Shown one piece after another: positions 28,178 to 37,428 of a stretch of DNA of 64,000 bases. The position numbers were made by a program, and so were the translations under genes. The stretch is taken from assembly GCA_016699875.1 (NCBI GenBank), contig CP064989.1, forward strand, positions 392,788-456,787, in the 5' to 3' direction. The notes under the pieces were generated by a model. That model did no database searches, was not told where the DNA came from, and saw only the letters and a program-made list of their open reading frames with translations. The DNA comes from Candidatus Moraniibacteriota bacterium. GTDB taxonomy: Bacteria; Patescibacteriota; Minisyncoccia; Moranbacterales; UBA1568. Positions within the stretch are counted from its first letter, which is position 1. Every line of letters starts with the position of its first letter.

Positions 28178-29581
28178 TTATTTCACAACGATAGCCCCGC
28201 CATACATACCCATCGAACAAGAGAATGGGATAGTTCCCGCCTCCGTTGGCGTAAATTCAATAACATTCTCTCCCGACTGAAGATTTTTCCGTACATTCAT
28301 CTTCGGAATAACAAACGAGCTCGCGCAAGAATACGGGTTGGTAGAGGTCATGATAATTCTCACCGGACGACCGCGCTCCACGGAAATCGTCTGCGGATGA
28401 TATCCATATCCATCCTGCGTCATTCGCACAATCTGTACACCACCTCGAGAAGCAGACGGATCGACCGACATGCGAGGCGTCTCTTGAAGTTGAGATGGTG
28501 ACTGATCAGAAACAGGAAGATCAACATTCCTCCATCCGGCAAGCGTGAGTCCATTCGATATATTGAAGAATGCGAAGAGTATCACGAGAACACCGGAGAA
28601 TGCGAAGAATCGCTTTGCAAATACGCCCTTCACTGCCGACGCAAGCCCCCCAATACCCAGAAGTCCCGGCGCCGTTCCCAAAGCGAAAATCCCAAGAATA
28701 AATGCACCACTCACAAAAGATCCGCTAGCAATAGCAAGGAGTTGCATTGACTGTGTAAATCCGCAAGGCAAAAAAAATGTAAGCGCACCGAGAATCAAGG
28801 CATTCCGGTGGCTATACTCCCGACTCTTTCGGTCAAGCCCGAAAAAACGGCCAATGCCTTTCGGAAGCGTGAGACTCACCCTCTCAAGTATCGGAAAAAT
28901 ACCTGTCAATTTGAGTCCAAGCAAAAGCATCACGATACCTATCATTAGAGTCAGTATGCCAAGCGAGACCCCCGACAGCGCAAAGAACGAACCCAAAACG
29001 CCAAGAACGCCACCTAGCACCACATAAGAAGCGATGCGCCCCGCATTGAAGAAGAGATGGGGACGGAATTTCTGAAACACCGTCGCCTCCGGATGTTTCT
29101 CCGCATGACGCGCCGAAACACCAAGTACCAATCCGCCAACCAATGCCATACAAGTGGACAGCCCCGCCGTAAGCCCAACCAAGAGAATGATACCCGGCGA
29201 TGTGGACCCGAGAGAACTTTCCGGAACCAGGGAAATATTCGACAGTCCCGCAGAGCGAATCGCTCCCCAAAGAATCAGGAGCGCCACAATGGCAATACCA
29301 AGATCCTGATAATCAGCGATATTTCGACTCAGAAAAGACAGCTTCTGAGTTGTTCCGACAGCATACCCAGCCTCACGAATCGCTGTTTCCACATGCTCCT
29401 GATTCGGTTTCTCCGCAGCATAAGAAATTGTTGCTACTCCCTTCCGGTATTGCACGTCAGCCTTTTTTATTCCGGGAACTTCCAAAAGTTTTTCTTCAAT
29501 CAATATTTCACACGATCGGCAATGCATACCGGCAATAGGGACACTAAACGTTCGATTATTATTCTTCGTATTTGATGTCAT
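28178..29581 (-). CDS. Fusion protein: HMA metal-binding domain + DsbD/CcdA-like (DsbD_2) polytopic membrane domain + C-terminal cupredoxin-like domain
   Basis: AGMHCRSCEILIEEKLLEVPGI (HMA); multi-TM core with paired Cys (FLPCGFTQS); C-terminal TISVERGRPVRIIMTSTNPYSCASSFVIPKMNV...FSCSMGMYGGAIVV resembles cupredoxin_1 copper-binding domains. ATG at 29581. Confidence 0.6.
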   Translation of the reverse strand: MTSNTKNNNRTFSVPIAGMHCRSCEILIEEKLLEVPGIKKADVQYRKGVATISYAAEKPNQEHVETAIREAGYAVGTTQKLSFLSRNIADYQDLGIAIVALLILWGAIRSAGLSNISLVPESSLGSTSPGIILLVGLTAGLSTCMALVGGLVLGVSARHAEKHPEATVFQKFRPHLFFNAGRIASYVVLGGVLGVLGSFFALSGVSLGILTLMIGIVMLLLGLKLTGIFPILERVSLTLPKGIGRFFGLDRKSREYSHRNALILGALTFFLPCGFTQSMQLLAIASGSFVSGAFILGIFALGTAPGLLGIGGLASAVKGVFAKRFFAFSGVLVILFAFFNISNGLTLAGWRNVDLPVSDQSPSQLQETPRMSVDPSASRGGVQIVRMTQDGYGYHPQTISVERGRPVRIIMTSTNPYSCASSFVIPKMNVRKNLQSGENVIEFTPTEAGTIPFSCSMGMYGGAIVVK

Positions 29582-29662
29582 AAGAAAAAGATAGAGCAAA
29601 ATAAAAAACCTCGAACCAAAACAGCGAGACATTCGCCGCAGCTTTCCGAGGCAAAAAGAATT

Positions 29663-30109
29663 CTAGTGGGAAATTTTCGCGTGCAGCACGCCCGAGTAGA
29701 AAGCGCGCAGGAACGGCCGAGAAAGAGCCGCCCTCGCATCGAATCGTTCCGGAGGGCGAAAGAGTGTCCGATGAAACTCAAAAAGCCGATTCCACTTGAA
29801 GAATAACTCTTTTCTCTGTCCAAAGTTCAGAAGAGTTGCTCCAAGAAGAACAAAAAAGACAACCGGTAACGACGATGAGAAAAAATCCCTCCACGAGGCA
29901 ATATGATCAAAGAGGCTCATACTCATCGTCCCATGTTCAGCATTCTGAGCGTGCACACCAAGAGAAAGACTGCCGCATGAATCATCCGCCGCGAGCGCAA
30001 GAAATTCATTCGAGCACACGCACGGTAAGGCAACCGAAAAAAAGAGGAAAACACCGACAAGAATGAGTGATCGATACATGGCGCACAGACAATATAAAGA
30101 TATTTCCAT
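29663..30109 (-). CDS. Small secreted/membrane Cys-containing hypothetical protein
   Basis: ATG at 30109: MEISLYCLCAMYRSLILVGVFLFFSVALPCVCSNEF (signal/TM, then Cys cluster) followed by a second hydrophobic segment. Adjacent to the copper genes. Confidence 0.4.
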   Translation of the reverse strand: MEISLYCLCAMYRSLILVGVFLFFSVALPCVCSNEFLALAADDSCGSLSLGVHAQNAEHGTMSMSLFDHIASWRDFFSSSLPVVFFVLLGATLLNFGQRKELFFKWNRLFEFHRTLFRPPERFDARAALSRPFLRAFYSGVLHAKISH

Positions 30110-30323
30110 TGTATTCCGTCCTTTTTGGAAAAACAAGCACCGACAAGTATGGCAATTCCCTTTCGTTTCAATGAAGAGTCCGACTGTGTTTGCGCGCAGA
30201 AAAAAATTAGTATAGAATTTACATAAGCGAAAGAAAAACAAAAAAGTGATTCTCCTTCGATCTTTTGTCGTCTCGAAAAAGAGAGGTCTGACACAGAGAG
30301 CGTTGCGAGAACACGCACGACAC

Positions 30324-31076
30324 ATGACAACCGATACCGAAACACCACAACCGGAAACCGACGCCGCCGGCGAAGATCGCGGACAAAAAATTCAGTCGCT
30401 CCGAGAAATGATCGCCAATGCCGAGCGAACTATGCAGAGTGCCAAGGCGATGCTTCTTCAGCTCGAGGGCAAGAAGCGTGTTGGCCGTCCGCGCAAGGTT
30501 GAAGAAATCGAAGACGGCACCGTCGTCCAAGGAACCTTCGACGGACAAGTGATGCAGGGGTCGGACGGCAAACAATATCCCGTCCCGGCGAATTACGCTT
30601 CAAAGTCAAAACTCGTTGAAGGAGATGTCCTCAAACTCACCATCACGCCGGACGGGTCGTTTATTTACAAGCAGATCGGTCCCGCCGAGCGTCGCCACGC
30701 CATTGGCGTCGTCATTCAGGATGATCGGGGAAATTTCATGGTTATGGCAGACGGACACCCATATCGCGTCCTTCTTGCTTCCATCACCTTCTTCAAGGCA
30801 AATCCCGGCGATGAAGTCGCCATTGTCTTTCCGCGAAGCGAAGGAGCTACGTGGGCATCCATAGAAAATGTCCTGCAAAAAGGAGCTCTCCACAGTGAAG
30901 CAAGCGTCGCGCAGAACATTTTCCCCAATACCGCTCCATCGCCACAGACCGCACCCAAAAACGATACCGAACTTCCGGAATCGCCAAAAGATGATATTCT
31001 CAGTGAGTGGGAGAAAGATTTCGCAGAGCTCAAGAGAAATAATGATGCAACGCCCGGAGAAGAACATTCAGAATAA
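30324..31076 (+). CDS. Hypothetical protein with an acidic N-terminus, a GRPRK (AT-hook-like) motif and a central beta-rich domain
   Basis: MTTDTETPQPETDAAGEDRGQKIQSLREMI...KKRVGRPRKVEEIEDGTVVQGTFDGQVMQGSDGKQYPVPANY...; no recognised catalytic motif. Confidence 0.45.
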   Translation: MTTDTETPQPETDAAGEDRGQKIQSLREMIANAERTMQSAKAMLLQLEGKKRVGRPRKVEEIEDGTVVQGTFDGQVMQGSDGKQYPVPANYASKSKLVEGDVLKLTITPDGSFIYKQIGPAERRHAIGVVIQDDRGNFMVMADGHPYRVLLASITFFKANPGDEVAIVFPRSEGATWASIENVLQKGALHSEASVAQNIFPNTAPSPQTAPKNDTELPESPKDDILSEWEKDFAELKRNNDATPGEEHSE

Positions 31077-31082
31077 GTAGCT

Positions 31083-31748
31083 GTGACCCATATCACCTCT
31101 ATGCAGCCGGAAATACCAGGGCAATCCCTCCACATACTCGAGAAGCGAGATCTTTTTTTTGCCGCCATCAACGGACTCTTCATCGGTATTTTCGCGCCGT
31201 TTATTTTCAGAAACCTCGGAACGGCGCTCCCGGTATCAATTCCGCTCTTCGCGCTTATCCTCGCACTCCTGTGTGTTATCGGCATCACGATTGGTTTCCT
31301 GCTCTCGAAGATTTCGCCGAAGCTCCGATTCTTTTTTCAACTCGCGAAGTTTGGCATTATCGGCGTCACCAATTTCATTGTTGATCTCGGCATCTTTAGT
31401 CTTCTCATCTGGGCCACACACATATCGACCGGCGGGAGCATCTTGCTTTTCAAAGTAGCGTCCGTCTCCATCGCGATCATCAATAGCTACATTTGGAACA
31501 AGTTCTGGTCATTCGAAGAAAAGCACACCGATGAAGCTACGGTGCGTCGGCAATTCTTTCAGTTCATTGCGGTTTCCATAGTCGGGTTAGTGCTCAATGC
31601 CGGCATCACGTATTCTCTTATCACTTTCGCCACCGGATTCATGGACGTCTCTCCGGAAACATGGGCGACAATTTCGAGCGCCATCGCCTCCGTCACTGTC
31701 CTCTCCTGGAATTTCATCGGGTACAAATTCTTCGTGTTCAAGCGATAG
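31083..31748 (+). CDS. GtrA-family membrane protein (polysaccharide-synthesis associated) with an N-terminal 2-TM extension
   Basis: C-terminal half FQLAKFGIIGVTNFIVDLGIFSLL...IINSYIWNKFWSF...SWNFIGYKFFVFK matches the GtrA-like 4-TM pattern. Confidence 0.6.
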   Translation: MTHITSMQPEIPGQSLHILEKRDLFFAAINGLFIGIFAPFIFRNLGTALPVSIPLFALILALLCVIGITIGFLLSKISPKLRFFFQLAKFGIIGVTNFIVDLGIFSLLIWATHISTGGSILLFKVASVSIAIINSYIWNKFWSFEEKHTDEATVRRQFFQFIAVSIVGLVLNAGITYSLITFATGFMDVSPETWATISSAIASVTVLSWNFIGYKFFVFKR

Positions 31749-31848
31749 GCAAGCCCTTCGCTCTCTGATATACTCAAAAGACAAGGGAATCTTGTCTTTT
31801 TTGTTTGCATCCGATGACTGCAACAGTTAAATCTCCCGCAAAACGGCT

Positions 31849-33474
31849 ATGGCAACCCTCTACCGAAAATACCGCCCCGAGCACTGGAGTGATGTTGCCG
31901 GGCAAGAGCATATTGTCACCACGCTGACCAACGCAATCATCGGCGATCTCCTCGCCCATGCTTATCTCTTCACCGGTCCCAGAGGCACCGGCAAAACCAC
32001 CGTCGCAAGACTCCTCGCCAAGTCCATCAACTGTACCAATCGCCGCAATGCCAAAGAGCCGTGCGATACCTGCGACAATTGCCGAGCGTTTTCTGAAGGG
32101 CGCGCTTTTGACATCATTGAAATAGACGGCGCTTCAAACAACAGTGTCGAAAATATCCGCGAACTCCGCGAAACAGTCAAGCTTCCGCCGGCAATCGGCG
32201 CACGAAAAATTTACATTATCGACGAAGTTCACATGCTCTCCGGCGGCGCCTGGAATGCCCTCCTCAAAACACTCGAGGAGCCGCCGACACATGTCGTATT
32301 CATTCTCGCCACCACCGAGCTGCACAAAATCCCCGCAACCATTTCTTCTCGTTGCCAGCGCTTCGATTTCAGTCGATTCCCGACCGCTGTCATCATCGAA
32401 AAACTTTCCCGCATCGCTCAGTCCGAAGGCATTACAATTGATGCTGACGCCCTCGAAATGATTGCTCTCTCTGCCGAAGGCGGCATGCGTGATGCCGAAA
32501 GCCTTCTCGCGCAGACAATCGCCCTCGAAGATAAACACATCACCGGATCCGAAGCCGCTTCCATCCTCGGTATAACCGAGCGAAAAACCGTCTTCGATAT
32601 CGTCGCCGCACTCGGCAATCGCGATCTCGACACAGCGATCCTTACACTCGAATCGCTCGCGCAAAAAGGCGTCGACTTCCGATCCTTCGCCGGAACGCTC
32701 ACACACTTCCTTCGCGAAGTTCTCTTCCGCAAACTTGGGAGTGTTGCCCAATCATCCCTCGCCGCGCAATCCTCCGCCGAAGAGAACGACACGATCGCAA
32801 CACTCGCCACGCAATTCTCATTTGCCGAGCTCGCCCGCCTCATGGAGCTCATCCACCATGCCCGCACGGAAATCCGACACGCCCCCATCCAGCAAGTCCC
32901 GCTCGAAATCGCCATGCTTGCCTTCATTTACCCGGAGGATATAGAGACACCCACATCACCCGCTCCCACATCACGCCCAGTCCCTCCACCCGCACCTGCC
33001 AAGCCATCCGTATCACCAAAGGAAGAATCACCATCGAAAGCCTCTTCTTTGACAGAGAAAACCGCTGCGACGACATCGGAAAAAACATCGCCTCATCAGA
33101 ATCCCGAGCCCGAGCATCGCGCGCCGGAAGCGCCAAGCGGCGCAAGCACATCATCTCCGCTGACACTTGCCATTATCCAAAGCAAATGGAAGCTCTTTCT
33201 TGAAGAGATAAAACGCCAAAATGCTTCCCTTTCCCTCTCCCTCTCCGGCAGCACGCCGCAGCTCTCCGAAAGTGGCGCGATCGGCGTGTCCGTGCGACAT
33301 GCTTTTCACAAAGAACGGCTCGAAAAACCCGAAAGCCGCTTGACCATCGAACAGGCACTTGCTACCATTTTCGGAACACCAGCCCGCCTCGCTATCGACG
33401 TTGTCGCTGAAGATCCAGCAGATCCTCTCCTCGACAGCGCCCTCAATATCCTCGGCGGCAAGGTGGTCAGTTAG
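31849..33474 (+). CDS. dnaX: DNA polymerase III subunits gamma/tau
   Basis: MATLYRKYRPEHWSDVAGQEHIV...FTGPRGTGKTTVARLLAKSINC (Walker A), zinc module CDTCDNC, SRC motif; Pro/Ser-rich linker; C-terminal domain. Confidence 0.92.
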   Translation: MATLYRKYRPEHWSDVAGQEHIVTTLTNAIIGDLLAHAYLFTGPRGTGKTTVARLLAKSINCTNRRNAKEPCDTCDNCRAFSEGRAFDIIEIDGASNNSVENIRELRETVKLPPAIGARKIYIIDEVHMLSGGAWNALLKTLEEPPTHVVFILATTELHKIPATISSRCQRFDFSRFPTAVIIEKLSRIAQSEGITIDADALEMIALSAEGGMRDAESLLAQTIALEDKHITGSEAASILGITERKTVFDIVAALGNRDLDTAILTLESLAQKGVDFRSFAGTLTHFLREVLFRKLGSVAQSSLAAQSSAEENDTIATLATQFSFAELARLMELIHHARTEIRHAPIQQVPLEIAMLAFIYPEDIETPTSPAPTSRPVPPPAPAKPSVSPKEESPSKASSLTEKTAATTSEKTSPHQNPEPEHRAPEAPSGASTSSPLTLAIIQSKWKLFLEEIKRQNASLSLSLSGSTPQLSESGAIGVSVRHAFHKERLEKPESRLTIEQALATIFGTPARLAIDVVAEDPADPLLDSALNILGGKVVS

Positions 33475-33511
33475 CGGATACACGACACGATTCACTCTTT
33501 GAAAATTTTCT

Positions 33512-33583
33512 TGGGGAGTAGCCAAGCGGTAAGGCAGGGGCCTTTGAAGCCCCCACGCGCAGGTTCGATCCCTGCCTCCCCAG
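33512..33583 (+). tRNA. tRNA-Gln (anticodon UUG)
   Basis: TGGGGAGTAGCCAAGCGGTAAGGCAGGGGCCTTTGAAGCCCCCACGCGCAGGTTCGATCCCTGCCTCCCCAG; U1-A72 pair and CUUUGAA anticodon loop as in bacterial tRNA-Gln. Confidence 0.88.
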
Positions 33584-33594
33584 CTGACAAATCT

Positions 33595-34056
33595 ATGAAT
33601 ATTCAAAATCTTGCTTGCTTTCTTAATGAAGCAAACAAAGAAACATATGCAAACAAGAATGCATCAAAGGCTACTCCCACACGCTTAGCTTCAGAAGATT
33701 ATCATTTTGAAAAAGGAAATATTATCTATCACGATACTTACTTTGGCGGTCGTGATTTTATCGGAGAAGAAATTGTATATGAAAGTAATAAGCCAGTATG
33801 GGGAGCAAATTACTTTGGATTTATCCTTAATAAAAATATAGACGAAAAGGAGGTCTATACTTTCCTTCGAGAAGCTCTGATGCAAAAATGCAATGATGTA
33901 ATCCCTGTTCGTGGTCCATCTTCATTTTCAAAGGACAATAATCGGTATACTTTTACGGTTGAGGGAAATCTTTCAAGCTTTAGCGGAACAGAAGAAATCT
34001 CATTCAACGGGACAATTGTTTATCGTTGTTTACTCCACGGAGGACTAATTGTTTAG
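33595..34056 (+). CDS. Hypothetical protein (first gene of the tRNA-Gln-adjacent AT-rich island)
   Basis: ATG at 33595 (MNIQNLACFLNEANKETYANK...YHDTYFGGRDFIGEEIVYESNKPVWGANYFGF...). Possibly DUF5680-like by motif memory only. Coding sequence is AT-rich versus flanks. The six-frame ORF start at 33499 overlaps the tRNA. Confidence 0.45.
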   Translation: MNIQNLACFLNEANKETYANKNASKATPTRLASEDYHFEKGNIIYHDTYFGGRDFIGEEIVYESNKPVWGANYFGFILNKNIDEKEVYTFLREALMQKCNDVIPVRGPSSFSKDNNRYTFTVEGNLSSFSGTEEISFNGTIVYRCLLHGGLIV

Positions 34057-34108
34057 AATCAGCCGAATTGTGTTTCCATGTCGTTCCAGAACGTCATCTG
34101 ATAAATTT

Positions 34109-34486
34109 ATGAAAACTATTGCTATCGGATGCAGCATGAAGTATCGCAGTTTAGTAAGAGAAACTGTAGAAGCGTTGACTGTTTTAAGACTAAAACCTAT
34201 CTTTCCTAATTTAGACTACAGCCATGAAAACGAAGATAAGGCAGATACTCCTGGAGAAAAGAAACGTTTGGCGCTAGAACATTACAAAGCCATTGATAAA
34301 GCTGATATAGTTTACTTGATTACTCCAAATGGCTACATGGGAACAAGTTGCAAATTAGAACTTGGCTATGCTCTTGCGAAAAACAAGACTATCTATTTTT
34401 CAGAACCAACGAACGATCCGGCATTGGATTGCTACGTAGAAAAATTTATCAGCATCGATTCCTTAGAAGAGTTTCTGGATAAATAA
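34109..34486 (+). CDS. Nucleoside 2-deoxyribosyltransferase-like protein
   Basis: ...AIDKADIVYLITPNGYMGTSCKLELGYALAKNKTIYFSEP fits the Nuc_deoxyrib_tr / DNPH1-like C-terminal signature (hydrophobic strand, G..D.GT..E.G.A.A..K). Confidence 0.55.
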   Translation: MKTIAIGCSMKYRSLVRETVEALTVLRLKPIFPNLDYSHENEDKADTPGEKKRLALEHYKAIDKADIVYLITPNGYMGTSCKLELGYALAKNKTIYFSEPTNDPALDCYVEKFISIDSLEEFLDK

Positions 34487-34532
34487 GTTCTCACTTCATC
34501 CCACAGCCCCAGAAACTCGTATGCTCCACACA

Positions 34533-34865
34533 ATGAAACTCAATCATAGTCCGTTTGAGAAAATTAGAAACGGAACTAAGGTTATTGAGATTAGATTGAA
34601 TGATAAGAAAAGAAAACTCCTCAAAGTCGGAGATGAGATTGAATTTAGACGAGTTGATGACGAACGAAAAAAGATTCTCACAAAGGTCCTCGATCTTTCC
34701 CTCTTTCCATCCTTTCAAAGGATGTTCGCCGCATTTCCGCCTCATGAATACGGGAGTCAGAGCGCAGAAGAATATACGCAGATGTACGAAGTTTACTCGC
34801 CAGAAAAAGAAAGAAAATTCGGCGTTCTAGCAATCAGGATTCAATTTCTTTCAGAGACAAAATAG
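34533..34865 (+). CDS. ASCH-domain protein
   Basis: MKLNHSPFEKIRNGTKVIEIRLNDKKRKLLKVGDEIEF (ASCH beta-barrel start, GxKxxExR pattern). Confidence 0.55.
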   Translation: MKLNHSPFEKIRNGTKVIEIRLNDKKRKLLKVGDEIEFRRVDDERKKILTKVLDLSLFPSFQRMFAAFPPHEYGSQSAEEYTQMYEVYSPEKERKFGVLAIRIQFLSETK

Positions 34866-34928
34866 ACTCACGCAGAAATTGAAAGCTTTTCTGGAATCAC
34901 AAAAAAATCGGTCGAATCCGAAAGCCTG

Positions 34929-35590
34929 AGAACCTGTTTACAATCTTCCGGTACACTGAGGACATAATCCTCAAACCAAAAGAACCATGTATCCAAGCGA
35001 CATAACCCGAGAACAATTCGAACACATCAGACCATTTCTCGAATCAACCAGGAAGAGAACCAAACCAAAGACACTTGATTCCTATGACGTATTCAACGCT
35101 CTGCTCTACATTCTGGTCACGGGTTGCCAATGGAGGGCACTTCCCAAGGATTATCCAAAATGGCAGAGTGTCTATCGACACTTCCTTGTCTGGAAGGAAC
35201 GAAAAAACAAACAGACAGAGAGTATGCTTGAGCAAGTCTTAAAAAAAATTGGTCGAACAAGAACGTATGAAAAATGGCAAACAATGCAAAACCAGTTTCT
35301 GCATCGTTGATGCTCAAAGTGTCAAGAATACAGATACGGCTCGAGAAAAAGGTTATGATGCAGGAAAAAAAGTTTCCGGTATCAAGCGACATATTCTCGT
35401 TGACACCAACGGATTGCCGCATGCGTTCACGGTAACCACTGCTAACGTCACTGATCGAAAGAGAAGTTTCTCCTGGCTGGAGAAATGCCGAAGGCTCTGG
35501 AAGAATTGCGAACGGACACTGGATTCGAGCTTACAGATGATGGTTTTAAGTTTTGATCGATTGTTGTTGAAAAGATTGTAAACAGGTTCT
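34929..35590 (+). mobile_element. Degenerate IS5-family insertion sequence (662 bp) with 19-bp perfect terminal inverted repeats
   Basis: Left end AGAACCTGTTTACAATCTT (34929-34947) and right end AAGATTGTAAACAGGTTCT (35572-35590) are exact reverse complements. Interior encodes an IS5/DUF4096-type transposase broken by frameshifts. Confidence 0.7.
34987..35560 (+). pseudogene. IS5-family (IS427/IS1031-like, DUF4096 N-domain) transposase, frameshifted and C-terminally truncated
   Basis: OrfA: MYPSDITREQFEHIRPFLE...YILVTGCQWRALPKDYPKWQSVYRHFLVWKE. OrfB in another frame: VDAQSVKNTDTAREKGYDAGKKVSGIKRHILVDTNGLPHAFTVTTANVTDRKRS. A third frame reads LEKMPKALEELRTDTGFELTDDGFKF then stops; the third catalytic (E) region is missing. 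Confidence 0.7.
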
Positions 35591-35602
35591 AAGAATAATT
35601 CC

Positions 35603-36175
35603 ATGAAACAGAAGGTACTCAAAACCAATCTCGAGTCACTCAAATACCTCCGTTTCATTTCGTGGGGAGAAGTGTTTGACACTTGGCGAGAACTCGAAGC
35701 ATGGCAAGAATTATGGAAAGCACACTGGACCGAGCGCGGCTTTGAATCCTGGGACGAGTGGCGGCACGCCTATGCCAAACCGTTACATCCCGAAGCACTC
35801 GACTGGCAGCTTTATCATCTGACTCACCCTCTCGCCGACAGCCCCCTCCTCTATGGCACCCCGACCACGGGATGGATCAAGAAAGCATACCAAGGAAAGA
35901 TCACAAAACAATTGAAAGATCTCGTCCGTCTTCCCATTATTTCCCAAAACGAAAAGATTCGAGATATCCAACGAGCATTCCCCGAAGAGACCCAACTAAC
36001 CGGCATCGTCCACAACGGGAATGTCATCCTCATTGAAGGCATGCACCGCGCCGCAGCGCTCGCCAGTTGGAACTCAGACATCCCTTTTGCGGGAAAAGTC
36101 ACCCTCGCGCTCGCCGAATGGACAGAAGCTGTTCCGGCACTTGGCGGAAATTACAAGATGCCTTCCCGTGAATAA
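35603..36175 (+). CDS. Hypothetical protein with a ParB/Srx-like (ParBc) motif
   Basis: ...TQLTGIVHNGNVILIEGMHRAAALASW resembles the ParB N-terminal / sulfiredoxin-fold GxHR..A signature. Trp-rich N-terminal half. Confidence 0.4.
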   Translation: MKQKVLKTNLESLKYLRFISWGEVFDTWRELEAWQELWKAHWTERGFESWDEWRHAYAKPLHPEALDWQLYHLTHPLADSPLLYGTPTTGWIKKAYQGKITKQLKDLVRLPIISQNEKIRDIQRAFPEETQLTGIVHNGNVILIEGMHRAAALASWNSDIPFAGKVTLALAEWTEAVPALGGNYKMPSRE

Positions 36176-36198
36176 CAACAAGCCGAGAATCTGACATT

Positions 36199-36705
36199 AT
36201 GAAAATAACGAATTACCAAGGGGCTCCCTCCGATATTTCTTGTCTCGGATGCGCAAGAGAGGAAGGAAAAATAGAACGGGTAGGAGACATATTCACAACT
36301 GCCTATTTTGATGTTCACCAAGATTTTGAGATTCCCATACCGGGATTCATTATTATCTCTTCGCGACGACACATCCGAAGCATTGATGAGCTCACTAATG
36401 AGGAAAAGATTGATTTCATAAACACAGTGACATCCACTCGCACAGCAATGCGAAAAACTCTCGGCATAGACACGGTATATCTCATCCAAGAAGAAGATTC
36501 AGCGCATCACTTTCACCTCTGGATATTCCCTCGATACCTCTGGATGTCCGAGAAATTTGGAACGAAGACACCGTCACTCCGACCAATTATGGAGTACGCT
36601 CGAGAAAATATGAAAACAAAAGAAAACCTTGAAAAGGTGGAACAGGCTATCGAAAAACTGCAACAATACTTGAAAACCTCGGACAAGAATGACTACTCCA
36701 TATGA
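36199..36705 (+). CDS. HIT-family (histidine triad-like) nucleotide hydrolase/transferase
   Basis: CLGCAREEGKIERVGDIFTTAYFDVHQD...GFIIISSRRHIRSIDELTNEE...SAHHFHLWIFPR (His-triad variant). Confidence 0.55.
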   Translation: MKITNYQGAPSDISCLGCAREEGKIERVGDIFTTAYFDVHQDFEIPIPGFIIISSRRHIRSIDELTNEEKIDFINTVTSTRTAMRKTLGIDTVYLIQEEDSAHHFHLWIFPRYLWMSEKFGTKTPSLRPIMEYARENMKTKENLEKVEQAIEKLQQYLKTSDKNDYSI

Positions 36706-37364
36706 ACCCACAAAACAAGAGTATTATTATTTTTGATTTCGATGGCACACTGGCCGACACGGAAGAAATACTTTTTCGCGCATTCAACGGTCTCGCCGAT
36801 CAATATCACTACCCGCCAATTACCAAAGAAGAAATCTTGAAACTCGAAGATAAAGACATCAAGAAATTTATTTCGACACACGCAAAGATCCCCCTCTGGA
36901 AACTCTGGAGATTTACGCAACGTCTCAGAGAGGAATACAAGCTCTATATCGACACCGTACAGCTCTTTCCCGATATCAAGGAAGTTCTCGATGCCCTGCA
37001 AAAACAAGGGTGCGTAAGAGGAATCGTTTCGTCCAATTCAACTGATACCATATCGAAAATCCTCAGAAGATTCGATATATCGGTCGACTTTATCATAACC
37101 AGTTCCCTGTTCGGAAAGTCAGGCGCGCTGAATGCTCTCGCAAGAAAACACCGTTTCGATAAAAGTAAAATACTCTATATCGGCGACGAGGTGCGCGATG
37201 TAGAAGCCTGCCAGAAGAGTCACATCGACATGCTCGCCGTCACTTGGGGATTAAACAGTAAAGCCACTCTCCAAAAAGCAGACATAGTCACAGTCGACTT
37301 TCCAAGGCAAATCCTTGAATCGCTGGGAATAGATACCACACTAAACAAAACAAATAGCATATGA
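36702..37364 (+). CDS. HAD-superfamily hydrolase (subfamily IA-like phosphatase)
   Basis: IIIFDFDGTLADTEE (motif I DxDGT), SSNS (motif II), K...GDEVRD (motifs III/IV). Start overlaps the HIT gene stop. Confidence 0.8.
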   Translation: MNPQNKSIIIFDFDGTLADTEEILFRAFNGLADQYHYPPITKEEILKLEDKDIKKFISTHAKIPLWKLWRFTQRLREEYKLYIDTVQLFPDIKEVLDALQKQGCVRGIVSSNSTDTISKILRRFDISVDFIITSSLFGKSGALNALARKHRFDKSKILYIGDEVRDVEACQKSHIDMLAVTWGLNSKATLQKADIVTVDFPRQILESLGIDTTLNKTNSI

Positions 37365-37428
37365 AAACGGCAATTATTATTCATGGGCAGCGCGCTCACT
37401 GAGCAATGTAGCGCAAACTAAACTAACT

